DNA of 64,000 nt, taken from contig OY970343.1 of NCBI GenBank assembly GCA_963717525.1, positions 1,568,001 through 1,632,000 of the forward strand, written 5' to 3'. This document shows, in pieces, positions 21,676 through 31,781 of this stretch. Under the pieces are notes generated by a model. It saw nothing but the letters and a program-made list of their open reading frames with translations, ran no database searches and was not told the origin of the DNA. The first letter of the stretch is position 1. Every line of letters starts with the position of its first letter. This stretch comes from an uncultured Methanoregulaceae archaeon (GTDB lineage Archaea; Halobacteriota; Methanomicrobia; Methanomicrobiales; Methanospirillaceae). The position numbers were made by a program, and so were the translations under genes.

Positions 21676-22401
21676 ATGAGAGTCATCCGGGCCCCGTCAA
21701 TCGGGCGGGCACACGAACTGGTCGTGAAGATGATCCTGGAAAAAGGCCGGGTTCTCCAGACCGAAGATGACGAGGCCACCGTGGAATTTGAAGAGGTGGC
21801 CCTGCAGGTCGATACCCCGCTTGCCGGACCGCTGGTGAGCCCCCATTCCCGGTTCCAGCAGAAATTTGTCGAGCAGTACGCACGTGATCTCCTCCACGGC
21901 TCACACGCCTCGTTTGAATACGATTACCACGGCAGGCTCTTTGACTGGGGCGAACGGCTTTCTGTGGGCGGAAATCCCGTCCATGTCGATCAGATAGATT
22001 ATATCGCAAACAAGCTCCGGCAGTCCCCGGTAAGCCGGCGGGCCATCGCCATTACGTGGAACCCGGTGATCGACGAGAAACTCGATGACTGCCCCTGCCT
22101 CCAGCTCGTGCAGTGCATTCTCCGCGACGGGAAACTGGCAATGCGGGTGATCTTCCGGAGTAACGACATGCTCACCGCGGCCGGGGCGAATATGTACGCG
22201 CTTGTCCAGCTCCAGAAGTCCATCGCGGACCGGCTCGGGGTGACATGCGGCACCTACACCCACATCTCGCTTGTCCCGCACATCTATTACATCCGGGACA
22301 TGCACGACATTGAACCGTTCTGCGGGAAAGGAGAATATATTCAGCCGGTACAGGACGTCTGCCGGGCCTGCGGGCGCTGCGACCGGTCAAAAAAAGTCTG
22401 A
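21676..22401 (+). CDS. thyA: Thymidylate synthase (archaeal ThyA type)
   Basis: FEYDYHGRL, SRRAIAITW, PCLQ, FRSNDM...AN, HIY. Confidence 0.88.
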   Translation: MRVIRAPSIGRAHELVVKMILEKGRVLQTEDDEATVEFEEVALQVDTPLAGPLVSPHSRFQQKFVEQYARDLLHGSHASFEYDYHGRLFDWGERLSVGGNPVHVDQIDYIANKLRQSPVSRRAIAITWNPVIDEKLDDCPCLQLVQCILRDGKLAMRVIFRSNDMLTAAGANMYALVQLQKSIADRLGVTCGTYTHISLVPHIYYIRDMHDIEPFCGKGEYIQPVQDVCRACGRCDRSKKV

Positions 22402-22475
22402 TGCACCAGTCCACTGACAAACACAAAAGCCGTCACTTTAATTAGGCTCCAGCGGCAAAAAGTATGAGGCAACAT

Positions 22476-22548
<73 letters not shown>

Positions 22549-22596
22549 CTCTTTTGTTGAACTTTTCAACCGTGACGCAAGGTAATCCCTGTACGG

Positions 22597-22960
22597 GTAC
22601 CTGGTTTTCAGAAAAACTCCGCCCCAGTAGCTGGAGATTTCTAAAAATGAGCGGGTCATGAGCTGAAGATTATGAAAAAAGTGCAACACAGCAGCTGAAG
22701 ATTTTCAAAAAAGATCGACATGGTTCTGCACCAAAATCTGCCAATCCACTAATAATCATCACATTTTCCAACGGAGGATAGTAGAGATCCGCACGTTTGC
22801 AAAAAAAAGAGCGAACCAGGAGCAAAACATTTTCGAAAAAGTGCGGAACGCGAGATGAAGATTCCGGAAAATCTGTCACTCAGCTGCTGAAGATCTCTAA
22901 AAAAGTTCGGATCACGGGTGGAAGATCTCGGAAAATGATCGCCCCGACTTCTAAAAAAAT
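22597..22960. repeat. Degenerate 32-bp-period repeat array (consensus about AGCTGAAGATYTYNRAAAAA)
   Basis: Copies start at 22629, 22661, 22693, 22821, 22853, 22885 and 22917, all in one 32-bp register. Confidence 0.75.
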
Positions 22961-23170
22961 AGGTAGCAAGGATCGGATCGATCGATTTCAAAATCGATCG
23001 GGGTAGATCGTTTTTGAATGGACAATTGAATTCTCTCATGCCATTGCGATTCCGACACTCTACAAGCCATTCCTGAACGGACAGGGAGGGAAAGAGGGTA
23101 CCGGATCGACTACATGCACCAAGACTACGGCTCCATCTGCTTACAAACAGTCTTTTCGAACGTCCATAAC

Positions 23171-23896
23171 CTACGCAATCAGTGCGGACAGGAGGCACCC
23201 GATAAAGATCGCGCCAAACGTTCCCGCACCGCCGATGCTGAATCTCGGCACTTCGAGATCGCCCACGCGGTAAAGGTGCGCGATGTTTGCGCCCAGCAGC
23301 GTGCCGACCGTTGCGCTGACAAACGCAATAACCCCGGCGGAAAGCCCGGGTCCCCCGGCAAGAAGAACGCCGCAGAGAAGCGCGGTCAGCCCGGGGATGA
23401 AAAGCGGTGCCCGTATCCCCACGCCAACCATTGGCCGGGTCGTCACATAGGCAATCGCCGCGACAAGCAGGATACCGGCAAGTACCTTGAGATACACCAT
23501 ATCCCCGCTCATTACCAGTGACGCACGATCCAGAAGATAGACCGACAGGACAAGGGGAAGGATCGCTCCGCCCAGGTTGACCGCGATGGTCGTCTCCCAG
23601 AGCCCCCCGCCTTCGCCGGTTGTAACTTCGTCGGGGAACTGCCCCATCCCGCTGTGGGGCACCCGTATGGTCTCGCGCCGGACCTTCCACATCGGGATAT
23701 CCACAAAGCTGCAGAGCAGGATAAGGATGACAAGGGCGGTCGCCGTGAGCCATGAGAGGCCGACAAGGCTGGTAATCGCTTTTCCGGCAAGGCCAAGGAA
23801 CAGCAGCGGTACGATGATAACGACAAGCCCAATGACGACGAGCAGCGCGATGAGGGTCAGGGGGCCGGCAGAATAAAGACGGATTGAATCAGGCAT
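23171..23896 (-). CDS. DUF1614 family membrane protein
   Basis: SFVDIP, IAVNLGGAILP, GVGI..P, GTLLGANI, SIGGAGTFGAIF. Confidence 0.85.
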   Translation of the reverse strand: MPDSIRLYSAGPLTLIALLVVIGLVVIIVPLLFLGLAGKAITSLVGLSWLTATALVILILLCSFVDIPMWKVRRETIRVPHSGMGQFPDEVTTGEGGGLWETTIAVNLGGAILPLVLSVYLLDRASLVMSGDMVYLKVLAGILLVAAIAYVTTRPMVGVGIRAPLFIPGLTALLCGVLLAGGPGLSAGVIAFVSATVGTLLGANIAHLYRVGDLEVPRFSIGGAGTFGAIFIGCLLSALIA

Positions 23897-24518
23897 GGTC
23901 AGTTCCCAAAACCGAGTGTTCGAGGGTGCCAACAATGGCAGCGTGATCCTGGTGGTACGGCGCAAGCCATGTGCTCTCAGTCACTGTGATTCCTGCGGAC
24001 ATGAGGCTGTCGAGTGTGTCCTGGAAAACTTCAGCCGGTTCTTTCCTGATATCCACGCTCCGGGTCTTCAGCATGAGGATCAACTGACCGCCGGGTTTGA
24101 GGAACGCGCAGTTCCTGAGGGCGATGGCCGCCTGGTCAGGCTGGGCCACGTCCTGGTAGAGGAGATCCACGGTCTCCACCAGCGGAGCATACCGCTCCGG
24201 GCAGGACGCGTCCGCCATGATCGGCATGACGTTTGTGCGCCGTCGCGCCACCTCGAGCAGGTCCTGCATGGGGCGTGGGGCAAACTCCACCGCATACACC
24301 ACCTCTACGTAGTCGGCGACATGGGAGACCGTGGTCCCGTTTGCCGCCCCGAGGTAGAGGACCTTCATGCCCGGTGTCAGATCGATACCCCTTCCTGTAA
24401 GATACAAAGCGGCAAGCTTGCTCCGGTACGGGTCCCAGACCCGGTACCCGTCAAGCATCCGCTCACCGTAGACCCCTCCCTCGCCTTTCGAAACCAGCAC
24501 ATCGCCGACACGGATCAT
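23889..24518 (-). CDS. flpA: Fibrillarin-like rRNA/tRNA 2'-O-methyltransferase
   Basis: VYGE, WDPYRSKLAA, VLYLGAANGTTVSHV, QDVAQPDQA. Confidence 0.95.
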   Translation of the reverse strand: MIRVGDVLVSKGEGGVYGERMLDGYRVWDPYRSKLAALYLTGRGIDLTPGMKVLYLGAANGTTVSHVADYVEVVYAVEFAPRPMQDLLEVARRRTNVMPIMADASCPERYAPLVETVDLLYQDVAQPDQAAIALRNCAFLKPGGQLILMLKTRSVDIRKEPAEVFQDTLDSLMSAGITVTESTWLAPYHQDHAAIVGTLEHSVLGTDHA

Positions 24519-25405
24519 GGCCGATCCCCCTCCGGGCCTGCTCCTGCCCGGTCGATGCGTGTCTGTGCATCCTCAAGGAAGGATGGGACTGCACAGCCCC
24601 GGTAAAAATCCAGCCGGGCAGCAATCGCCAGTTTCCCGGCAAGCACCCGGGCGACTTTTCCCCTCACCTCGCGGGGGGCATTATGCACCCGACGGTGCTG
24701 GAAGATAATCCCGTGCTTGGGCGATGGCGCATGGGTCCTGATGTGCATGAAGAGTGCAGTCCTGGCCCCGAGTACCTGGATCGCGCTTGCAGGCAGCCGG
24801 GAGAGTTCCTTCAGGCCCCCTGCGTGGGAGAGGAGCCGGGCGGCTACAAGCCCACCGATGAGCGCGCTCGTATTGGGCATCACCTCGCACGCCCGCGCCG
24901 ACACTTCCTTAGCAAGGGCAGTCCGGGTATCGGCAAGGCTGGTGATCCCGGCGGCAACTTTCCCGAGCGCTCCCCCTCCTCCACCGCGCTCCCGGTTGCG
25001 CTCGCCGATGGATTTGACCAGCACGTGCGCCGGAGTCCTGCGGTACTTGCGGGAGAACGAGGGATGCCGGATCTGGTACCAGTCTGCCACCCGTTCCGAG
25101 AGCACGTTGATAACCGTGTCCATCTCATCGAGCGTCCTGACCATCTGGAGCAGTTCCACGTCTTTTGCCGCATACTGCTCCCGGACTGCCTGCTCCGATC
25201 CCGCGATACAGACCTTCTGAAGCAGGGCAAGGTATTCCAGACGGTCGCGGCAGACCCCGCAGACAACCGCCTTCTGCCAGTCTGGCAGCACAAAGGTATC
25301 CATGCTGGCCCGGATCTCCCGGACACGGCGGGCGTAAGCGGCGGCATCGCCGGTGAACGGGATGCATTTCCCCTTATCCACATCACCAAACCAGCAGGAC
25401 TGCAT
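24515..25405 (-). CDS. nop5: Nop5/Nop56 C/D sRNP protein
   Basis: PNTSALIGGLVAARLL, LPASAIQVLGA, PKHGIIFQH, RGKVARVLAGKLAIAARLD; directly upstream of fibrillarin. Confidence 0.92.
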   Translation of the reverse strand: MQSCWFGDVDKGKCIPFTGDAAAYARRVREIRASMDTFVLPDWQKAVVCGVCRDRLEYLALLQKVCIAGSEQAVREQYAAKDVELLQMVRTLDEMDTVINVLSERVADWYQIRHPSFSRKYRRTPAHVLVKSIGERNRERGGGGGALGKVAAGITSLADTRTALAKEVSARACEVMPNTSALIGGLVAARLLSHAGGLKELSRLPASAIQVLGARTALFMHIRTHAPSPKHGIIFQHRRVHNAPREVRGKVARVLAGKLAIAARLDFYRGCAVPSFLEDAQTRIDRAGAGPEGDRP

Positions 25406-25495
25406 GATACAGACTAAGGGGCGCCCGGCTAAAAAAAAGAATGGCTCACGGGAACAAAAGGGGCGTCTCGAACGCGCCACGCGACACGTTTGGGA

Positions 25496-26710
25496 TCAAA
25501 CCCACGCAAGACCAAACGAGTACAGGATCACTGGCACCATGATAGCACCCATGCAGTAGACCCTTGAAACGTTCACGATATGCGGCACGAGCCCGACGAT
25601 CACCGCAAGGAGCAGGACAAAGATGCCAAAGGGCCCGGTAAGGAGAATGCAGAGCCCCACCACAAACAGGATCACGGCCCGGTTGAGCAGCCGGCCGTTG
25701 ATCCCGTTAAGCCGCCCTGCTGATCGGGAGAGCCCCACGGTGACAATATATGCGAGACAGGCAGCAAGGACACCGACAATCATGAGCTCGCTCATTGAAG
25801 GCAGGGGCAGCTCCGCAAGAGCGACCATAACACCGTTTCTCATCCGGGAAATGGCAAAAAGGGCGGCAAGCCCGATAAATGCATTTGCCGTATTTGCCGC
25901 GCTGGTTGCAAGGATGTAAGCCCGGCGATCCTTCTCGTACCCGATCACCGACGCCAGCGTACCGTTTGCGGTTGCAGTCGAGAGCCCGGGAAGCCAGCCG
26001 ACAGTGATCCCGGCCAGGGTCCCAAGGACCGAACTCTTTGCGACGGTTTTCGTGTCCACCCGCAGGCCCTGGAAATGCTGCGCCGGCAGCGCTCCCTGCG
26101 AGGCGACCAGCAGTACCGAGATCCCGAAGAGGCCGGTCAGGAGGGGCATGAGCACAGCCGTCTCCCCGCCAAGCGTATGCCAGCTTAAAAATGCGTACCG
26201 GAGGGTAAATGCACCCAACAGGCCGGAGACGGCAAAGATCGCAAGCGCCCACCCGGGCGACTCGCTCATCACGATCATGTACCCGATGACGGCCACGATC
26301 AGGATCCCGATACCCCAGTCGAAGAAAGGCTGGAGTGCGGGGAGAAACAGGAAACAGAGCACGGAAACCGGGACGGCAATGATAATGGCGCAGGCGCTCC
26401 CGAGCGCGGCGATACGGACAGCCTCCTCACCGTTTCCCTCGAGGCAGAGGGCATGCGCCGGGAGCACAGAAAGAGAGGTGTCCGCATCGGGAATGCCAAG
26501 GAAGGTGGCCGGGATGCTCTCGACAAACGTATGCGTGATCAGGGCGGCAAACAGGGTCCCGGCAAGGGCAAGCGGCCCGAGCACGTCAAGGAGGACCACC
26601 TGCGCACCCAGCAGGACGCCTGCAAGCGTGTTGACGTGAACCCCGGGGATGAGCCCGCACGCGGCGCCAAGAAGGACACCGAGCAGCGTCCCGATCACGA
26701 TCTCGATCAT
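25496..26710 (-). CDS. TctA-family (tripartite tricarboxylate transporter permease-like) membrane protein
   Basis: GLIPGVHVN, IPATFLGIPD..TSLSVLPAH, GWLPGLS; multiple TM segments. Confidence 0.85.
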   Translation of the reverse strand: MIEIVIGTLLGVLLGAACGLIPGVHVNTLAGVLLGAQVVLLDVLGPLALAGTLFAALITHTFVESIPATFLGIPDADTSLSVLPAHALCLEGNGEEAVRIAALGSACAIIIAVPVSVLCFLFLPALQPFFDWGIGILIVAVIGYMIVMSESPGWALAIFAVSGLLGAFTLRYAFLSWHTLGGETAVLMPLLTGLFGISVLLVASQGALPAQHFQGLRVDTKTVAKSSVLGTLAGITVGWLPGLSTATANGTLASVIGYEKDRRAYILATSAANTANAFIGLAALFAISRMRNGVMVALAELPLPSMSELMIVGVLAACLAYIVTVGLSRSAGRLNGINGRLLNRAVILFVVGLCILLTGPFGIFVLLLAVIVGLVPHIVNVSRVYCMGAIMVPVILYSFGLAWV

Positions 26711-26789
26711 TATCCAGAAGGTACAGGAGAATGAACATAAATCAACCGAAATGCATACCCTCTTATCATTAAGGGATGATGAATCCGTA

Positions 26790-27483
26790 ATGAAGATAGC
26801 AGTCACCCGTCTTGCAGGAAAGGAGGGCCGGGATGCAGCCCGGTGCGCAGCATACGGGCACGCGTGCTACAGCGTCCACCCGCTCCGCTCCGAGATCCAA
26901 AACGAGGTCGTCTCGGCGTTTGTGGAGGCTGTCGAACGCGGGGAGTTCGACTGCCTCTTTTTCACGAGTGCACTTCCGGCAAAGATCCTTGCTCCTCTCC
27001 TCAAAAAGACCCCCAGGGTCATCGCGATTGGCCCCGAAACGGCACGGGAACTGGAGCGGTGCAGGATTGCCTGCGAGACCCTGCCCGGCTTCTATTCCCG
27101 CGATTTTGTCCCGTACCCTGGGAGACTGGATCAGGGGAAAGACGATCGGTCTCCCCCGGGCCGATGTCCCGAACGCCCCCCTCATCGATGCGATTGCCCA
27201 CGCGGGAGGAAAACCCCGGGAGTTCCGTTGTTACCGGCTCGCGCCGACCAATGAGCCGCTCGACCTTGACCAGGCCGAGGCTGTCCTTTTTACCAGCGCG
27301 ATGTCGTATAAAAAAGCGATCTGGACTCCGCGTTCGGATCTGCTGGTGATGGCTATCGGGGAGGTCACGGCCGGGGCGATGATGGGAGGAGGTACGCTGC
27401 CGGCGATTGTCGGTGATGGCTCTCTCGAGGGGACGCTTGCGGCGTTAAACGAACATCGGGGACGAATATGGATCATCCGATAA
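26790..27483 (+). CDS. hemD: Uroporphyrinogen-III synthase (apparent frameshift near 27116)
   Basis: MKIAVTRL, FFTS, AIGPETA. Removing one C at GTACCC gives FVPYLGDWIRGKTIGLPRAD...LFTSA...AIGEVTA. Confidence 0.82.
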
Positions 27484-27496
27484 CCGCAGCACAGGA

Positions 27497-28435
27497 ATGC
27501 CGGGGCCGGGACAAGTGCCTGCCGTGTCGCTCCGGCACGGCGCGGGTATCATCGTGATCGACAAGCCCCGGGGGCCATCGAGCCACCAGGTGGCTGCATG
27601 GGTGGGAAAGATGCTCGGCTGCCAAGTCGGCCACGCGGGCACGCTCGACCCGCAGGTCTCGGGCATTCTCCTCGTCATGCTCGGGAACGCGGTGCGCCTC
27701 GCGCCGCTGCTCCTGAAACACGATAAGGAGTATGTGTGCCTGATGAGGCTGCACAAGGAGGTTGACCGGGAGCGTATCGATGCGGTTGCGGCGGAATTTA
27801 CCGGCCGTATCTACCAGCGCCCGCCCCGGAGGAGCGCGGTGAAACGCCTCCTGCGCATCCGCACCGTCCAGCAGTTGGATATCCTCGGCATCGAGGGAAA
27901 ACTGGTGCTCATGAAGGTCAGGTGCGATGCGGGCACGTACATCCGCTCGCTCTGCCACCACATGGGCCTTGCGCTCGGGACGGGGGCGCACATGCAGGAG
28001 CTCCGGCGGACCCGGTCAGGAGCCTTTGACGAGGGTGCCATGCACACGCTCCACGAGCTTCAGGACGCCTGCTATGCTGCGGAAGCCGGGAACCGGGCCG
28101 CACTGGATACCATGGTAGTCTCGGTTGATGCCGCAGTCCCCGATCTTCCTGCCGTTATCGTACGGGATACCGCGATCGATGCGCTCTGCCACGGTGCGGT
28201 GCTGGCGGGGGTCGGCATGATCAGCTGCGATGAGTTCAGGAAAGACCAGATCGTCGCGGTCCTCTCGCAGAAACGGGAATTTGTCGGTCTCGGAAAAGCG
28301 CTCGCCCCGTCAGCCTCATGGAAGCCCGGCAGGCCCGGCCTGCTTGTTGCGACGACCACGGTATTTATGGCCCCGGGCACGTACCCGAAGGGCTGGAAAA
28401 AAGCCTGCACGCCGGAAAAGTCAGCCAAGTCCTGA
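27497..28435 (+). CDS. cbf5: Pseudouridine synthase Cbf5 (TruB family, with PUA domain)
   Basis: IDKPRGPSSHQV, GHAGTLDP, YQRPP..SAVKR, CDAGTYIRSLCH, ELRRTRSG. Confidence 0.95.
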   Translation: MPGPGQVPAVSLRHGAGIIVIDKPRGPSSHQVAAWVGKMLGCQVGHAGTLDPQVSGILLVMLGNAVRLAPLLLKHDKEYVCLMRLHKEVDRERIDAVAAEFTGRIYQRPPRRSAVKRLLRIRTVQQLDILGIEGKLVLMKVRCDAGTYIRSLCHHMGLALGTGAHMQELRRTRSGAFDEGAMHTLHELQDACYAAEAGNRAALDTMVVSVDAAVPDLPAVIVRDTAIDALCHGAVLAGVGMISCDEFRKDQIVAVLSQKREFVGLGKALAPSASWKPGRPGLLVATTTVFMAPGTYPKGWKKACTPEKSAKS

Positions 28436-28492
28436 CCCCATGAAAGGATAGCATTAAAAAAATACCCGGCAAATACATGGGATACACTTTTT

Positions 28493-28576
28493 GCTGAGGT
28501 AGTCTAGCGGTAGGGCGCAGGCCTGGAAAGCCTGTGGTGCGAAAGTGCCTCGGGGGTTCAATTCCCCCCCTCAGCG
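28493..28576 (+). tRNA. tRNA-Ser(GGA)
   Basis: Acceptor GCTGAGG/CCTCAGC; anticodon arm CAGGC-CTGGAAA-GCCTG; long variable arm. Confidence 0.93.
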
Positions 28577-28714
28577 TTGTTGTTTTTTTTTAAAGCCTGC
28601 ACCATCAGTCAAAGCACCCGAAACAGGGGTATGATCTCCCCTGTGCACTAGCAGCGATCCGGACATGCTTGACAGACTCGCGCAGGTGCGGCCTATGGGG
28701 GGTCACGCCCGGAT

Positions 28715-29428
28715 CTATTGGGACCGCAGGGCATCCCGGGCAAAGGCAACATACTCCGGGACGATCTCAAAACCAAGGAAATGCCGGCCTTCCTGCTGTG
28801 CGACAACCGCAACCGTGCCCGAGCCAAGGAACGGATCGAGGACGAGGTCGCCGGCGTTACTCGAATACCGGATGATCTTCTGTACCAGTTTCTGCGGGAG
28901 TTTTGTCGGGGTCTTCTTCTTTCCTTTCCAGTACTCCCGGTTGATCATCCAGACATCCTCGGGATAGTGGTCGATCTTGTTGAAGGTGTAGTCTTTCGGG
29001 TCTTTTACCACGTAGAGGATGTGGTAGTGGCTGGTGACATACTTGTTCTTCGTGAAGACCCCGAACTGGTACTTCCAGATAAGGTGGTTTATCGTTGTAA
29101 GCCCGGCCGCATCGATACCTTCGAGAATGTCACGGAGCCGGTTCCAGCCGGAAAAAACATACATGCTGCCGGAGGGAGAAAGCACCCGGGCAGCCTGCGT
29201 AATCCACCGGTGCGTAAACTCCCCGTATTCTCCGGCAGGGATCTCCCGGTAGCCTTCGATGACGTTACTGCCGGTCCGGTTATAGTTGAGCCTCTGGGCC
29301 GTAAAATCGATGGCAAAAGGGGGATCGGTTACGATGAGATCGACTGCCCCCGGCGGAAGTTGTTCCATGAGCGCACGCGAGTCTCCCTCGTACAGGGTAT
29401 CCGGCTCGAATGCGCCAAGGGATCCCAT
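28715..29428 (-). CDS. Solitary N4/N6 DNA methyltransferase (beta order)
   Basis: Motif IV DPPF precedes motif I DPFLGSGT. No adjacent endonuclease. Start overlaps the iorB stop. Confidence 0.9.
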   Translation of the reverse strand: MGSLGAFEPDTLYEGDSRALMEQLPPGAVDLIVTDPPFAIDFTAQRLNYNRTGSNVIEGYREIPAGEYGEFTHRWITQAARVLSPSGSMYVFSGWNRLRDILEGIDAAGLTTINHLIWKYQFGVFTKNKYVTSHYHILYVVKDPKDYTFNKIDHYPEDVWMINREYWKGKKKTPTKLPQKLVQKIIRYSSNAGDLVLDPFLGSGTVAVVAQQEGRHFLGFEIVPEYVAFARDALRSQ

Positions 29429-30012
29429 CAGCGCGTCCTGCCAAATGCCCGTCCCATCTCGAAGGCCCGGGCATTCGCCTCAACAGTTTTGGGCGGGACA
29501 AGTTTTTTTGTAGCGGCAAGCAGGGATTCCGCCTTCAGGGGGATCGACCACGATGCCGCACCGAGTATCACCACGTTCTGGGCAAGACTGCTGCCCGCCT
29601 CTAAGGCAATCCTGTCGGCATCGATCAGGCAGGGGTCGAACCGGGCCAGCTGCGCGATAACCTCGTCTTCGGTAAGAACCGGGCTCTTCTGCGTAAAGAC
29701 CGAGGTGGGGAGGACCATGTGCCGGTTGACCACCATCTTCCCGCCGGTTTTGAGGTAATGGGAGTAACGGAGCGCTTCGAGCAGGTCAAAGGAGATAAGG
29801 AGATCGGCAGTACCGGGCACGATCAGCGGGCCGTAAAGTCCGTCGATCCTGATATGGGTCTCGACCGACCCCCCGCGCTGCGCCATGCCGTGCGTCTCGG
29901 CGCCTTTCACGTGGCGGCCTTCACTGAGACAGGCCTCCCCGAGGACATTGGAGGCAAGGATGGTCCCCTGTCCGCCAATCCCGACGATCAGGATATCGAA
30001 ACTTTTTGTCAT
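29428..30012 (-). CDS. iorB: Indolepyruvate:ferredoxin oxidoreductase beta subunit
   Basis: GIGGQGTILAS, ETHGMAQRGGSV, NARAFEMG. Confidence 0.93.
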   Translation of the reverse strand: MTKSFDILIVGIGGQGTILASNVLGEACLSEGRHVKGAETHGMAQRGGSVETHIRIDGLYGPLIVPGTADLLISFDLLEALRYSHYLKTGGKMVVNRHMVLPTSVFTQKSPVLTEDEVIAQLARFDPCLIDADRIALEAGSSLAQNVVILGAASWSIPLKAESLLAATKKLVPPKTVEANARAFEMGRAFGRTR

Positions 30013-31781
30013 TTCTTTGCCTCCCGGGATATCGCGCCTACCGGACAGAGCTGGGCGCAAACTATACAACCGCTGCACAATTCGTTGATCCGGGCCTTCT
30101 TGTCTACGAGCTCAATCGCGGGACACCCGAACCGCACACAGGTGCCGCAACCGGTACAGGTTTCAGGGTTTACTGCATACTTTCCCCGCTTTACCCCGGC
30201 GCGGCGGGCCACGATCACGCACATCTGCTTTGCGATAATCACTTTGACGCCCTTCTTTGTCTTTGCCGCCTCCAGCACCCGGAGCATGCCGGTCAGGTCA
30301 TAGGGGTCGACGGTCTCGACAAACGTCACCCCGCAGGAACGGCAGACTGCATCGAGGGAGACAGGGGGAGTTTCCACGCCGGTTGCAGTTACCCCGGTGT
30401 TCGGGTTGGGCTGGTGGCCGGTCATCGCGGTGATGCGGTTGTCGAGGATAACCACGGTCATGTTCGCGCCATTGTAGACCGCGTTCATCAGCCCCTGGAT
30501 ACCGGTATGCAGGAAGGTGGAGTCACCGATCGTGCAGACCACGTCCCGGGACTCGCCGGAATGTGCGATCCCGCTCCCGACCGTGATCGAGGCGCCCATG
30601 CAGATGGTAGTATCCACGGCGCCAAGCTGGAGGCCCAGCGTGTAGCAGCCGATATCGCTGGGGTAGATGGCAGACTCGCCAAACACCTTTTTCATGGCGT
30701 AGAATGCAGCGCGGTGGTGGCAGCCGGCGCAGAGGATGGGAGGGCGCATAGGGAGGTCCTGGACAGGTGGGGGGGAGTCAAAGGGGTTCTTCTCCAGGAA
30801 CCCGGCCTTTACCATGATCCCCGCGACAACAGCCGGGGAGAGTTCCCCTTCGTAGGGGGCGTACCCGTTGATCTTCCCGAACACCGGCACGCACCCGGCA
30901 ACCTGGCGCACGGCCTCCTCGACAACGGGGGCGAGTTCTTCGATGATGAGGATCTTCTCATGCTGTTGTGCAAACTTCCCGAGCCATTCCTCGTCAACCG
31001 GGTATGCCCCGATCTTCATGAACAAAACGCCGGGGGGCAGGAGTTCCTGTACATAGGATGCGCCGATCCCGCTTGCGATGATAGCAGTTTTCCCACGGAT
31101 GGTGAAATGGTTGAGTCCTTTTTCCACGAGACGTTTTTTGAGGGCAGGCTGCTTCTCGTTGAGTTTTTTGTGCAGGATACGGGTATGGGCAGGGATAACG
31201 ACATACTGGCGCGGGTCCTTGTGAAACTCCCCGGTTCTTGTATTAGGTACAACGTCGCCCAGTTCCACGTCGCCTTTCGAGTGGCAGATCCGGGTCGTGG
31301 GACGGAACAGCACCGGCAGGCCAAACTCCTCGGAGATCTCAAACGCAGGAGCGATCATGTCATGCGCTTCCTGCACTCCCGAAGGGTCGAGACAGGGTAG
31401 CCGGGCGAAATGGGCATAGCACCGGGTGTCCTGTTCATTCTGGGAACTGTGCGCGAACGGGTCATCGGCACTCATGATGACAAGGCCACCGGTCACCCCG
31501 GTATAGGCGCTCGTCATGAGGGCGTCGGCGGCGACGTTGAGGCCGACGTGCTTCATGGTGCAGATCGCCCGAAGCCCGCACCACGCGGCAGCGAGGGCGT
31601 TTTCGAGGGCCACTTTCTCGTTCACCGACCATTCCACGTGACAGGTCAAGTCCTTCTGCACACGGAGCACATCGACTACCTCCGATGACGGGGTGCCAGG
31701 GTACCCGCTCACAAAACCGACGCCCGACTCAAGACATGCGTGGGCGATGGCTTCATTTCCGAGAAGATAATGTCGTTCCAT
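30009..31781 (-). CDS. iorA: Indolepyruvate:ferredoxin oxidoreductase alpha subunit
   Basis: LLGNEAIA, YPGTPSSE, MKHVGLNVAAD, SSQNEQD, GDSTFLHTG; C-terminal 2x[4Fe-4S] motifs. Confidence 0.95.
   Translation of the reverse strand: MERHYLLGNEAIAHACLESGVGFVSGYPGTPSSEVVDVLRVQKDLTCHVEWSVNEKVALENALAAAWCGLRAICTMKHVGLNVAADALMTSAYTGVTGGLVIMSADDPFAHSSQNEQDTRCYAHFARLPCLDPSGVQEAHDMIAPAFEISEEFGLPVLFRPTTRICHSKGDVELGDVVPNTRTGEFHKDPRQYVVIPAHTRILHKKLNEKQPALKKRLVEKGLNHFTIRGKTAIIASGIGASYVQELLPPGVLFMKIGAYPVDEEWLGKFAQQHEKILIIEELAPVVEEAVRQVAGCVPVFGKINGYAPYEGELSPAVVAGIMVKAGFLEKNPFDSPPPVQDLPMRPPILCAGCHHRAAFYAMKKVFGESAIYPSDIGCYTLGLQLGAVDTTICMGASITVGSGIAHSGESRDVVCTIGDSTFLHTGIQGLMNAVYNGANMTVVILDNRITAMTGHQPNPNTGVTATGVETPPVSLDAVCRSCGVTFVETVDPYDLTGMLRVLEAAKTKKGVKVIIAKQMCVIVARRAGVKRGKYAVNPETCTGCGTCVRFGCPAIELVDKKARINELCSGCIVCAQLCPVGAISREAKK

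Noticed and set aside
22597..22960. CRISPR array
   Set aside because: The period is 32 bp with only about 12 variable nt, the repeats are degenerate, and there are no cas genes.
26770..26830. C/D box sRNA (ATGATGA at about 26776)
   Set aside because: No D box (CTGA) at a suitable distance, and it overlaps the hemD start.
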